DNA of 63,704 nucleotides, filler included, from Lama guanicoe (taxonomy: Eukaryota): NCBI GenBank assembly GCA_013239625.1. It is 99 parts of 99 records of this genome, joined end to end, with 100 filler letters (N's around TTAATTAATTAA, not from the genome) between each part and the next. Parts side by side here need not be neighbours in the genome. Positions count along the whole stretch, not along the records: positions 63,316 to 63,704 come from PNXV01027528.1; 98 more parts are not named here. The stretch is one strand, 5' to 3'. Under the pieces are notes generated by a model, which worked only from the letters and a program-made list of their open reading frames with translations, had not been told where the DNA came from and searched no databases. The position numbers were made by a program, and so were the translations under genes. Positions 63,316 through 63,704 of the stretch are shown in pieces (positions within the stretch are counted from its first letter, which is position 1; the number at the start of each line of letters is the position of its first letter).

Positions 63316-63704
63316 GTCCTTCACCTAGCTTGAAGGGAACACAAAGTTTCTTTTCAGTAGCATATTCCACACCATACCTATATATGGGGAGGTACAAGCT
63401 CCAACTCGGTCTAACAGTGAAAAAGGCAGGCACTTCAAACCGGCACTAGGAAACAGACTGAGAAACCAGAGTAAGTGTTTCTCCTGCAACCCGTTCCCTT
63501 TGTGCTGGATGAACGAACGTCACTCCACATGTTCAGTTCTGAGAGATAAGTGTGTGTGAAAGCCGTCCTTCACCTAGTTTGAATGGAACACAAAGTTTCT
63601 TTTCAGTTGCAAATTCCACTCCATATATATATATGGGGAAGTTCAAGCTCCAACCGGGTTTTATAGTGAAAACGGCAGGCACTTCAAACCGGCACTAGGA
63701 AACA
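63316..63704 (+). repeat. ~248-bp satellite
   Basis: GTCCTTCACCTAG at 63316 and 63565 (period 249). Confidence 0.95.

Overview
This window is not a contiguous locus. It is about 99 short mammalian contigs (roughly 200-1000 bp each) joined by an identical artificial 100-bp linker, N44-TTAATTAATTAA-N44, typical of an 'unplaced sequence' pseudo-scaffold, so adjacency across linkers has no biological meaning. The tRNA-derived SINE and L1 3' ends suggest a camelid (inference). Content is dominated by three satellite families (267-bp GC-rich, ~248-bp, and heptamer-based GAATATA/TATATTC), plus L1, ERV/MaLR LTR, MIR/L2 and hAT fragments. Gene-derived pieces recognised by hand translation, most missed or mis-framed by the ORF track: an intron-flanked MRPS24 exon copy with a premature stop beside a 39-bp minisatellite, the start of an HSFY exon 2 with a premature stop (implying Y-linked sequence), an ANKRD26/CCDC144-family exon, a VPS26A retrocopy, a COX1 NUMT, a betaretrovirus-like pol fragment with a GA-to-AA hypermutation pattern, and one unidentified candidate exon. 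Structural oddities include a fold-back fusion of two ERV1 LTRs and a pair of 903-bp near-duplicate contigs about 2% divergent. I found no support for a novel multi-gene system. All family assignments are from memory and need database confirmation.
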